DNA from: Syntrophobacter sp. SbD2
GTDB taxonomy: Bacteria > Desulfobacterota > Binatia > UBA9968
DNA: 19,070 nucleotides
Assembly (NCBI GenBank): GCA_945889495.1
Contig: CAMDBU010000122.1
Location: forward strand, 1-19,070
Reading direction: 5' to 3'
Part shown: positions 11,186-18,235 of the stretch, one piece after another
Layout of the letters: every line of letters starts with the position of its first letter
Numbering within the stretch: position 1 is the first letter of the stretch
Notes under the pieces: model-generated
What the model was told of the DNA's origin: nothing
The model's input: only the letters and a program-made list of their open reading frames with translations
Database searches by the model: none
Made by a program: the position numbers and the translations under genes

Positions 11186-11635
11186 ATGACGCTGGTCCTT
11201 AAATGCCGCTTAGCGATGGTTTTCTTGATCCTACTCGCGACTGCGCCGCTGCCGGCCCAAGAGTCGGAATGGCTCGCTTTCCATCCTTCAGTGGCGCGGA
11301 TTCAGGGCAAACTAATCAGGATTCAAAAGTATGGCCAACCGAGCTACGGCGAAAATCCCGATAAGGATGAAAAAGTTGAAGTGGCGATACTGATCCTCAA
11401 GTCGCCGATCCGCGTCAAAGCCAACACCGCGAGCAGCGTCAACAACCAATCGGTGACCAACGTCTCATTTGTGCAAATACTTTTTCCGCCGGAAATGGTC
11501 AAAACCCAGGAGAAATACTTCGATCAAGAGATCGTCCTGGCCGGCAACCTGATGCGCGGCTACAAAGGCGAACACACCACCGACGTGGTGATGCAGGTCA
11601 AAGCGGTCAATCCGACCGGCAAGCCGCTCTACTGA
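11186..11635 (+). CDS. Small secreted protein, DUF4431-like
   Basis: 149 aa from the ATG at 11186, with a GGGGAG Shine-Dalgarno 7 nt upstream. Sec-type signal peptide MTLVLKCRLAMVFLILLATAPLPAQE. The mature part follows the DUF4431 pattern as I recall it (G.L....YG.P.YGE.P..D....V.IL.L..PI.V ... V..VQ..). It starts 16 nt after the ParB-like stop. Confidence 0.7.
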   Translation: MTLVLKCRLAMVFLILLATAPLPAQESEWLAFHPSVARIQGKLIRIQKYGQPSYGENPDKDEKVEVAILILKSPIRVKANTASSVNNQSVTNVSFVQILFPPEMVKTQEKYFDQEIVLAGNLMRGYKGEHTTDVVMQVKAVNPTGKPLY

Positions 11636-11649
11636 TCGTCGCAGTGATT

Positions 11650-11729
11650 GTCATTCCGAGGCAAGCCGAGAAATCTCTTCTACGAAAGTCACAGCCCGAG
11701 ACGAGATCCCTCGCGCTGCTCGGGATGAC
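11650..11729. repeat. REP/MITE-like palindromic element, family B (GTCATTCCGAG...GAGRAATCTC)
   Basis: Left arm GTCATTCCGAGGCAAGCCGAGAAATCTC (11650-11677). Right arm GAGATCCCTCGCGCTGCTCGGGATGAC (11703-11729) is its imperfect reverse complement. It sits between the convergent DUF4431-like and Rieske genes. Confidence 0.6.
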
Positions 11730-11782
11730 ATCAAGAATCGGTCTTTACCTCGCTTATCAGTGAACAGGCACAAAGCCCGCAT

Positions 11783-12916
11783 CTACCCTTCCGGATAGGT
11801 CGGCACCATGTCCGGACGGTATTGCCAGGCTTTGAGTGGCCGGCCTTCGGCGAGATTGAGCAGTTCGCGCTCCCAGATTTTACGCAGGAGAAAGACACCG
11901 CGGTCGCTGCGGCCCAAGTGTTCGTTGCCACGCACGGCGATGGGTCCCTGGCCGGTCTGGGCGATCTCATCCTCCAACATTACGAAATCGATACGCTGGG
12001 GATCGATGTCGCTCAAGCGCAGTTTACCGGCGAGGATCGCCCGGACGAGATCGGCGCGGTCTTTTTCCTCCTCGCGGCGCTGAGCGCGGCGCTCCGCGAT
12101 CCAGCCACTGCCGGCTTCACCGCTAAGCGCGATGGCGCGCACTTCGAAGTGAATATGATTTTCATCGTCCACCGGCACTTTGAAAACCATCACGTCGGCG
12201 CGCTTGATCACCGGGTCGACCACCTGGCCATTGATAAAATTAATGTTCGGCATGCCGTAGAAAAATGTCAGATCCTTGCCGTCGGGATATTTGACGTAGC
12301 GGCGCACGCCCCAGTCCGACTCTTCCACCGAAATCACCGGATCGCCTTGCACCACATGATCGTCCGAAGTGTCGCGGTGGCGCCGATGCACGAAGCGCAC
12401 ATGGACGTTGTCCAGCGAGTTGTCGATGTTGTTGAAGTAGTTGCAAATCCGCTTGAGGCCGGCGACGTCGAGGGAAATATTCGGCTTTTCGAATAACGGA
12501 TAGCGTGGCAAGGGTGGCGCTTCGCCGGCGCCGAAATAAGCGAAGATCAGACCGATGTATTCGCGCACCGGATAGCTTGGGATAGTCACCTTGGCGGCGA
12601 AGCTCTCACCCTCGGCCGGCTGCTCGACGCAACGCCCGGCGCCGTCGTATTTCCAGCCATGATAGAAACAACGAATACAGTCTTCCTCGACCCAGCCGGC
12701 TGACAACTGCGTGCCACGGTGAGCGCAGCGGTTACCGACCAGATGGGCCGTCCCGCCGGCGCCGCGGTAGAGCGTAAACTCCTCACTCAAGATGCGAACC
12801 GGCAACGCCTGGCCGGCGCTGAGCTCATGGGAACAAGCGATCGGCTGCCAGAACCGGCGCAAATAGCGCCCGGCCAAAGTATCCGGTCCAGTGTGAACAA
12901 ATTCAGCAAAATCCAT
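11783..12916 (-). CDS. Rieske [2Fe-2S] non-heme-iron aromatic-ring oxygenase, alpha subunit (phthalate/vanillate-family, alpha-only type)
   Basis: 377 aa. Rieske motif CAHRG..(x16)..CFYHGW. Mononuclear iron motif DNVHVRFVH (D-x2-H-x4-H). GAGG Shine-Dalgarno 5 nt before the ATG at 12916. Confidence 0.88.
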   Translation of the reverse strand: MDFAEFVHTGPDTLAGRYLRRFWQPIACSHELSAGQALPVRILSEEFTLYRGAGGTAHLVGNRCAHRGTQLSAGWVEEDCIRCFYHGWKYDGAGRCVEQPAEGESFAAKVTIPSYPVREYIGLIFAYFGAGEAPPLPRYPLFEKPNISLDVAGLKRICNYFNNIDNSLDNVHVRFVHRRHRDTSDDHVVQGDPVISVEESDWGVRRYVKYPDGKDLTFFYGMPNINFINGQVVDPVIKRADVMVFKVPVDDENHIHFEVRAIALSGEAGSGWIAERRAQRREEEKDRADLVRAILAGKLRLSDIDPQRIDFVMLEDEIAQTGQGPIAVRGNEHLGRSDRGVFLLRKIWERELLNLAEGRPLKAWQYRPDMVPTYPEG

Positions 12917-12961
12917 AATCGACCTCGATCCGACAATCTTCTGGGGCCTGATGGGTAGAAC

Positions 12962-12989
12962 CCTTCACTCCTTACCCTTCACTCCTTAC
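12962..12989. repeat. Perfect 14-nt tandem duplication CCTTCACTCCTTAC x2
   Basis: 12962-12975 and 12976-12989 are identical. On the minus strand each unit reads GTAAGGAGTGAAGG and contains an AAGGAG Shine-Dalgarno-like core. It lies in the 79-nt spacer between the PhtD-like and Rieske genes. Confidence 0.7.
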
Positions 12990-12995
12990 CTTTCT

Positions 12996-13952
12996 TCACG
13001 TTCCCAGCGTGCTCGGATGAAACATTTCCTCCGGCTGAAACTTCCGCGTCACCAAGCCCTGGCGCAAACAATATTCGAGCATCTTGTCTATCTCAGCGCG
13101 GGATTTTTGGAATCCCCAGACATAGGGATCGGCGCCGCCAACCGCGTGCTCCTCTTCCCACAGCGCGCGATACCACAAGCCGGTGGCGTGGACACGCTGG
13201 CGGTCGAGCCAGCGGTAACACACCTGCTTGGACTCCTGCCAGGCGTCGAACAAACTCATGGCGACCCAGGGATTTTGTTCCAACACGGAATTTTTCACCA
13301 CCAAGGTATGCTGGATCGGAAAGAAACCGGTCTTGCCATAATAGCCGCGCTCCTCCTGGGCGTAGTTGGGAATCAAAAAATCGATATCCGAGTGGCCGAA
13401 GGGCGCCCAGGTCTCGGTGGTGATCGCCGCGTCGACCGCGCCGGAGATGAGCAGGTCATGCATCTTGGCGCCGCTCGGCGCGATCGTCAACTTGAGCCAA
13501 GTCGGCGCTTGCCAGTTGCCCACTCGCTCGTTCCAATTGGCCACCCAATCGATCTGGCTCAGATCGACGCCATATTCGTCAGCTAAAATGCCGCGCGCCC
13601 AGAGCGCCGTGGTGGTAAACCAAGTCTGCACGCCAACCCGCTTGCCGTGGAGATCCCGCGGCGTGCGAATGCCAGATTTTTTGTTGACGTAAATATACGA
13701 GTGGCGAAACATGCGCTTGACGAAAACTGGCAGCGCGGTCAGGCCGAGCGTCTTATGCTCCAAGTCGGCCATGTAAATGCCGGTAAAAAACTCGCCGATG
13801 TCAAACTTGCCGTCGCGAATATCGCGCTGCCGACTGCGGTCGTCGGAGTTGACGTGAATGTCTAAATCGATATCGCGCACCTTGACCACGCCGTCGATCA
13901 ACGCCCGGCTGCGATCGTACTCCGCGCAAGTCATGGTCAGTTTAAGTGCCAT
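12996..13952 (-). CDS. 4,5-dihydroxyphthalate decarboxylase-like protein (cytoplasmic NMT1/periplasmic-binding-fold family)
   Basis: 318 aa with no signal peptide. The N-terminus MALKLTMTCAEYDRSRALIDGVV.. and the internal ..PVFVKRMFRHSYIYVN..DLHGKRVGVQ..WARGILADEYGVDLSQIDWV.. and C-terminal ..EEMFHPSTLGT follow, from memory, the PhtD family pattern. Confidence 0.75.
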   Translation of the reverse strand: MALKLTMTCAEYDRSRALIDGVVKVRDIDLDIHVNSDDRSRQRDIRDGKFDIGEFFTGIYMADLEHKTLGLTALPVFVKRMFRHSYIYVNKKSGIRTPRDLHGKRVGVQTWFTTTALWARGILADEYGVDLSQIDWVANWNERVGNWQAPTWLKLTIAPSGAKMHDLLISGAVDAAITTETWAPFGHSDIDFLIPNYAQEERGYYGKTGFFPIQHTLVVKNSVLEQNPWVAMSLFDAWQESKQVCYRWLDRQRVHATGLWYRALWEEEHAVGGADPYVWGFQKSRAEIDKMLEYCLRQGLVTRKFQPEEMFHPSTLGT

Positions 13953-13979
13953 ATTTGAAATAGTCCCGTCTCGGAATTA

Positions 13980-14110
13980 CTCTCGCAAAGGCGCAAAGAC
14001 GCAAAGGTCTTAGGACAAAAATCTCTCACCGAACTTGGCGCCTTTGCGCCTTTGCGAGAGATAATCCGACTCCCAATCCTATTCTCTGTGATCTCCGTGC
14101 GCTCTGTGGC
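13980..14110. repeat. REP/MITE-like element, family A (19-bp perfect inverted repeat plus tail module)
   Basis: CTCTCGCAAAGGCGCAAAG (13980-13998) is the exact reverse complement of 14042-14060. Internal tandem CGCAAAGG/CGCAAAGA/CGCAAAGG at 13984-14007. Tail CTCCGTGCGCTCTGTGGC (14093-14110) resembles 8698-8715. Confidence 0.7.
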
Positions 14111-14125
14111 TAAACCCATCCCCCA

Positions 14126-15121
14126 TCAAGCGCCCGGCTTCCATCCCTTCGCCTGCAACTCCGCCATAACCTTGCGCGCAATGCTGAAGTCGAAGACTTT
14201 CGCCAGCGGCGGCGCTTCTTTCAGCTCCAGCCGTTTGAGCACATGCTCCACTGCCTTGGCCTGCATGTCCGGATTCAAAGTACCGTCCTGGGTCAGCGCC
14301 GGGCGCACCACTTGATCGTAGGCTTTGGCCGCCTGAGATTCGCTCAACTGTAAATAGCGCCCGACTATTGGAATCGTCGCGCCGCGATTCTCCCGGATAA
14401 AAAGAAACCCTTTGTAGGTCGCTCGGACAAAGCGTTCAACTTGGCCAGGATCGGCCTGGAGCAGCGCGTCGCGCACCAGGATCGCGCCTTGGAGCTCGAC
14501 TAAATCCTGCTTGGGGAACGCCACCAGCTCGCGAAAGCCGGCTTCTTCCGCTTTCAAAGTCACCGGCGGCGCCAGCATGGCGGCGTCGACGATGCCACTT
14601 TGCAAGCCGGAATAAATCGTCGGCATGACGCCGAGGCTGAGAATCGTCACATCTCGATTAGCGTCGAGACCGTGCAGCCGCAGGCTTTCGCGCAGCAACG
14701 TATCGGGCCCGCTGCCGATGCCGGAGACACCGACCCGTTTGCCTTTCAAACTTTTGACATCGCGGATCTCCGGCTTGGCGTAGAGCCAGAACATCGCTCG
14801 GTTGTAGGTGGTAAACAAAAACTTCATCGGCGAACCGCGCAGCACCGGCGGCATGCCGGCACCGCCCACCGTCGCCACTTGAACGTCGCCGCTCAACAAA
14901 GCGCGGCTGGCATTGGGCGCGCTCATGAGGATCAGCTCGACGTCCAAACCTTCGGCGCGGTAATAGCCCTTGTCGCGGGCGATGGTGAACGCCAGCACTG
15001 CCTGGGTGGTGCTCGGCATGGCGACTTTGAATGTCTCCGCCTTGGCAACGCCGGCGGCCAGCAGCAGTATTAATAACGAGGCGACTCTCACGATTTCTCC
15101 ATCAAGCGGTTTGATCTGCAT
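14126..15121 (-). CDS. Periplasmic ABC-type substrate-binding protein, NMT1/THI5-like (NitT/TauT family)
   Basis: 331 aa. Signal peptide ..VRVASLLILLLAAGVAKA|ETF. Two-lobe binding-protein pattern (..LKGKRVGVSGIGSGPD..). No cognate permease or ATPase gene nearby. Confidence 0.85.
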   Translation of the reverse strand: MQIKPLDGEIVRVASLLILLLAAGVAKAETFKVAMPSTTQAVLAFTIARDKGYYRAEGLDVELILMSAPNASRALLSGDVQVATVGGAGMPPVLRGSPMKFLFTTYNRAMFWLYAKPEIRDVKSLKGKRVGVSGIGSGPDTLLRESLRLHGLDANRDVTILSLGVMPTIYSGLQSGIVDAAMLAPPVTLKAEEAGFRELVAFPKQDLVELQGAILVRDALLQADPGQVERFVRATYKGFLFIRENRGATIPIVGRYLQLSESQAAKAYDQVVRPALTQDGTLNPDMQAKAVEHVLKRLELKEAPPLAKVFDFSIARKVMAELQAKGWKPGA

Positions 15122-15140
15122 CTTGCTAAAACCTCTTTTC

Positions 15141-15281
15141 GGAGTCCTTCGACCGTTCGAGAAGCCTCACGGCAGGCTTCCTCGACGGCCTTTAGTTCCG
15201 AGCCCGTCGAGGAATCAGGACGAACGGATCGATTTTGAAGTGATGGCAGTTATTCCGTTCATGCTGAGCCTGTCGAAGCAT
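15141..15281. repeat. Mosaic of REP-like half-sites (families B and C) and a bulged 14-bp hairpin
   Basis: GAGTCCTTCGAC (15141-15152) is the reverse complement of 17193-17204. Hairpin 15153-15167/15174-15188. TTCCGAGCCCGTCGAGGAATC (15196-15216) resembles the family B arm. CCGTTCATGCTGAGCCTGTCGAAGCAT (15255-15281) matches the reverse complement of 17120-17146 at 25/27. Confidence 0.6.
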
Positions 15282-15300
15282 TGTCCGAATTGTTTGCAGC

Positions 15301-16155
15301 TCACGATTCTTCCAATCCCATGATCCGCGGCATTAAGCGCGCGGCTAACTTGGCGCCATCGAGAGATACGCCAAGCTGGCGCGCCAAATCCAAGGCCGGC
15401 AGCAAACTCTTCTGAAACACTTCGGTGCGCCGTTGCCGGATCGCCAGCGCATCGTCCGCCAGTTTGAAGCGGTCGAGCCAGTGATCGGCGACAAAACTTT
15501 GCCCCGAACTGTTCTTCAATACCTGCTGCATGGCGGCGAAGTCGAGCCCGGCCTTGTCGGCGAGCAACTCCGCTTCGCTGGCGGCGAGCATGTTGAGGCA
15601 GGTGACCACTTGGACGATCAACTTGGCCGCCGCGCCGCTGCCCAACTCGCCCATGTGAATGATCTCGTTGGCGGAAGTGGTAAACAGCTCTCGGCAGCGC
15701 GCTAAGACTTCAACCTCGCCACCGACCATATAGCACAGCGCTCGCTCACGGGCGCCAGCCTCGCCGCCGCTCACCGGCGCGTCGATGACGTGAATGCCGT
15801 TGGCACCGCCGAGCGCCGCCATACGCTTAACCGTCGCCGGCAGCACCGTGCTGTGAATCGCCACTATGGCGCCGGGCTTGGCGCCGGCAAAGACACCGCC
15901 TTCACCCGTAAGCACCTGCTCGACCTGGGCGTCGTCGACCACCACCAGCGCGATGATATCGGATTGCTCGGCCACGGCGCGCGGCGACGGCGCCAAGGCC
16001 GCGCCCAGGGCGATCAGTTCGTCGGCACTCGCCGGATTCAAATCATTAACGGTTAGCTGGTAGCCGGCGGCTAGAATATTTTTCGCCATCGGCCGGCCCA
16101 TGCGTCCCAAGCCGATAACACCGATGCGCTGTGCGCCTGAGTCAATTGTCGCCAC
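15301..16155 (-). CDS. NAD(P)-dependent oxidoreductase, 3-hydroxyisobutyrate/6-phosphogluconate dehydrogenase-like (HIBADH family)
   Basis: 284 aa. N-terminal dinucleotide fold IGVIGLGRMGRPMAKN. Family-typical ..DAPVSGG.. and an all-helical C-domain. GTG start at 16155 with no clear Shine-Dalgarno. Confidence 0.85.
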   Translation of the reverse strand: MATIDSGAQRIGVIGLGRMGRPMAKNILAAGYQLTVNDLNPASADELIALGAALAPSPRAVAEQSDIIALVVVDDAQVEQVLTGEGGVFAGAKPGAIVAIHSTVLPATVKRMAALGGANGIHVIDAPVSGGEAGARERALCYMVGGEVEVLARCRELFTTSANEIIHMGELGSGAAAKLIVQVVTCLNMLAASEAELLADKAGLDFAAMQQVLKNSSGQSFVADHWLDRFKLADDALAIRQRRTEVFQKSLLPALDLARQLGVSLDGAKLAARLMPRIMGLEES

Positions 16156-16263
16156 GTCGCGAACTTAGCGGCAAGCCGGCGGATTGTCCAGCCAATGACC
16201 CTTGACCGCGACAACCTGGAAGTGATTAGATCGCCGCCACGATAGCGAAAGGGGAAAAGCAAA

Positions 16264-16998
16264 ATGGCAGACAGCGAAAAAGAATATCTCGTCGGCACCG
16301 TACGACCGACCAATCGTCCGGAAGCGGGACAGGAACTCGACCTCGACACTTTGATACCGGCGAAGATCAAGCTCCTCTCCTCGACCATGAACTTCACTCA
16401 GGGCACGCCGGAAGAGTTCAGCACCTCGATGCCGGGCTACGAGGCCAAGTCCGCCGAGTTCGCCAAGATGGGCGCCAATCTAGTGCGCCCAAGCGGCGCG
16501 CCGCCGTTCATGCTGTTGGGTTATCAAAAGGAACAGGAACTGATCGGCAGCTGGGAGAAGAAGTACAACGTCCCCATGTGGACCTCGGGACAAAATCACG
16601 TCAGGGCGTTTCGCACTCTCGGCGTCAAGAAGTTCGTCGGTGCCAGCTACTTCCCGGAAAAGATGAACAACATTTTCGCCAAGTATTTCACCGATGCCGG
16701 CTTCGAAGTGCTCGGCATGGAAGGCATCGGCGGCGCCTTCGCCGACGTGCCGAAGATTCCGCCGGAGAAAGTTTTAGAATTCATGTTGAGCGTCGCCGCC
16801 AAGCACAAAAACGCTGACGCCATCTACATGCTCGGCTCGGCCTGGAAGTCAGTCGAGATCGTCGAGCGCTTGGAAAACCAAACCGGCATAACGGTTGTCC
16901 ACGCCGGCCCGGCGCGCGCCTGGGGCACGCAACTGAGCCTCGGCCTGCGCCATAAGATCAAAGGCTACGGTAAGCTGCTGGCGGAAATGCCGAGCTAA
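16264..16998 (+). CDS. Asp/Glu/hydantoin-racemase-fold protein (maleate isomerase / arylmalonate decarboxylase-like), cysteine-free
   Basis: 244 aa. AAAGGGGA Shine-Dalgarno before the ATG. Two pseudo-symmetric halves align by eye with maleate isomerase blocks (..GANLVRPSGAPPFM.. and ..ADAIYMLGSAWKSVEIVERLENQTGITVVHAGPARAW..). The translated protein contains no Cys. Confidence 0.65.
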   Translation: MADSEKEYLVGTVRPTNRPEAGQELDLDTLIPAKIKLLSSTMNFTQGTPEEFSTSMPGYEAKSAEFAKMGANLVRPSGAPPFMLLGYQKEQELIGSWEKKYNVPMWTSGQNHVRAFRTLGVKKFVGASYFPEKMNNIFAKYFTDAGFEVLGMEGIGGAFADVPKIPPEKVLEFMLSVAAKHKNADAIYMLGSAWKSVEIVERLENQTGITVVHAGPARAWGTQLSLGLRHKIKGYGKLLAEMPS

Positions 16999-17008
16999 GC
17001 CGATGGTT

Positions 17009-17088
17009 GTCATTCCGAGCGCCAGCGAGGAATCTCGTCTTGGATGTTACTTATGAAGACGAGAACCTTCCGCCGACCTCAGGATGAC
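17009..17088. repeat. REP/MITE-like palindromic element, family B
   Basis: GTCATTCCGAGCGCCAGCGAGGAATCTC (17009-17036) faces GAGAACCTTCCGCCGACCTCAGGATGAC (17061-17088). Inner perfect 8-bp stem CTCGTCTT/AAGACGAG. It shares the ends GTCATTCCGAG and GAGRAATCTC with 11650-11677 (21/28 overall). Confidence 0.65.
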
Positions 17089-17100
17089 AACCTAACGGGA

Positions 17101-17220
17101 CTGCTGAAAACAGTGGAACATGCTTCGACAAGCCCAGCATGAACGGATCGTTTCCCAATGATTGCAAACTCCGATCCGATCGTCCTGAGCTTGTCGAAGG
17201 ACTCTGACGGATTTTCAGCA
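17101..17220. repeat. REP/MITE-like long palindrome, family C (..GCTTGTCGAAG.. core)
   Basis: Outer perfect 9-bp arms TGCTGAAAA (17102-17110) and TTTTCAGCA (17212-17220). Inner arms 17120-17146 and 17176-17202 are complementary at 21/27 positions, with an 11-bp perfect core. Confidence 0.65.
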
Positions 17221-17254
17221 TACTGCTAGAACGGGTAACCAGCGAGGATGGAGC

Positions 17255-18235
17255 ATGACAATCAAACTTTGCAGCGCGCTTCTCGTCTTGATTCTACAAA
17301 CCGCTGACTCCTTCGCCCAGGAGCGCATCCGCATCGCCTGGGCCGGCGCCAGTCCGGCCAACGCCGCCATCTGGGTATTGCAGGAAAAGAAGCTGATGCA
17401 AAAATACGGCGTCGAGCCCGAAATTATCAGCATCAGCGCCAGCCCCATCGTCCTGCAAACCCTACTCGCCGGCGAGATCGACGTCTCGGCAATCTCCGTG
17501 ACGACGCTGGTCAGCTCGCGCCTGGCCGGCGCCGACACGGTGATGATCCTCGGTATGGTGCGCACCTTCGTCGACCACATCCTGGCGCAACAAAGCATCA
17601 CCAGCGTCGATCAACTCAGAGGCAAGATCGGCGGCGTCAACCGCATTGGCAGCACCTCCGACATGGGGCTGCGCTTTGCACTGCGCAAGTTGAACATCGA
17701 TCCGGAAAAAGACGCCAAGATCATCACCGCCGGCGGCAACCCTGAGCGCTTCGCCGCACTCACAAAGGGCGTGATCAATTTCACCATCATGCCGGAACCA
17801 TTCGTCTACCAAGCGCTGCAACTGGGGTTTCGCCATCTATTCGACATCGGCTCGCTGAAGATTCCCTTCTGGTGGAACGCGGTCCTGTCGCGCGAAGCCA
17901 TCGTCAAAGCCAAACGGCCGCTCTTACTGAAATTCACCCGCGCCATGATCGAAGCGAACCATTTCAACAAAACCCACAAAGAAGAAGCCAAAGCGATCTG
18001 GGGCAAATATCTGCGCATCACCGACCCGACCGCTCTGGAGCGCGCCTGGCAGACTTACACCGCAGCTTATCCCGACAACCTGCTACCCACACCCGAAGGC
18101 GTGAAAACCCTGCTCGACGACATGGCGCCGCGCGATCCGAAAGCCGCCAGCGCCGATCCGCGGCGCTATGTCGATGCGAGCTTGGTGCAGGAAGTGGAAG
18201 CGACGGGGTTCGTTAAGCAGCTGTATAAGAGATAG
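17255..18235 (+). CDS. Periplasmic ABC-type substrate-binding protein, NMT1/THI5-like (NitT/TauT family)
   Basis: 326 aa. GAGGATGGAG Shine-Dalgarno. Signal peptide MTIKLCSALLVLILQTADSFA|QE. Binding-protein pattern (..LRGKIGGVNRIGSTSD..). No transporter membrane or ATPase genes adjacent. Confidence 0.85.
   Translation: MTIKLCSALLVLILQTADSFAQERIRIAWAGASPANAAIWVLQEKKLMQKYGVEPEIISISASPIVLQTLLAGEIDVSAISVTTLVSSRLAGADTVMILGMVRTFVDHILAQQSITSVDQLRGKIGGVNRIGSTSDMGLRFALRKLNIDPEKDAKIITAGGNPERFAALTKGVINFTIMPEPFVYQALQLGFRHLFDIGSLKIPFWWNAVLSREAIVKAKRPLLLKFTRAMIEANHFNKTHKEEAKAIWGKYLRITDPTALERAWQTYTAAYPDNLLPTPEGVKTLLDDMAPRDPKAASADPRRYVDASLVQEVEATGFVKQLYKR

Noticed and set aside
16202-16231. Candidate promoter TTGACC-18-TTAGAT (with an upstream TG) for the racemase-fold gene.
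   Set aside because: The -10 hexamer matches consensus at only 3/6 positions and the spacer is 18 nt. This is too weak to report as a feature without transcript data.
8605-17220. Possibility that the recurring 19-30-nt repeats represent a CRISPR array.
   Set aside because: The repeats are dispersed singly or as inverted pairs in different intergenic spacers, kilobases apart and separated by genes. They belong to at least three unrelated sequence families and lack regular repeat-spacer periodicity. No cas genes are present.
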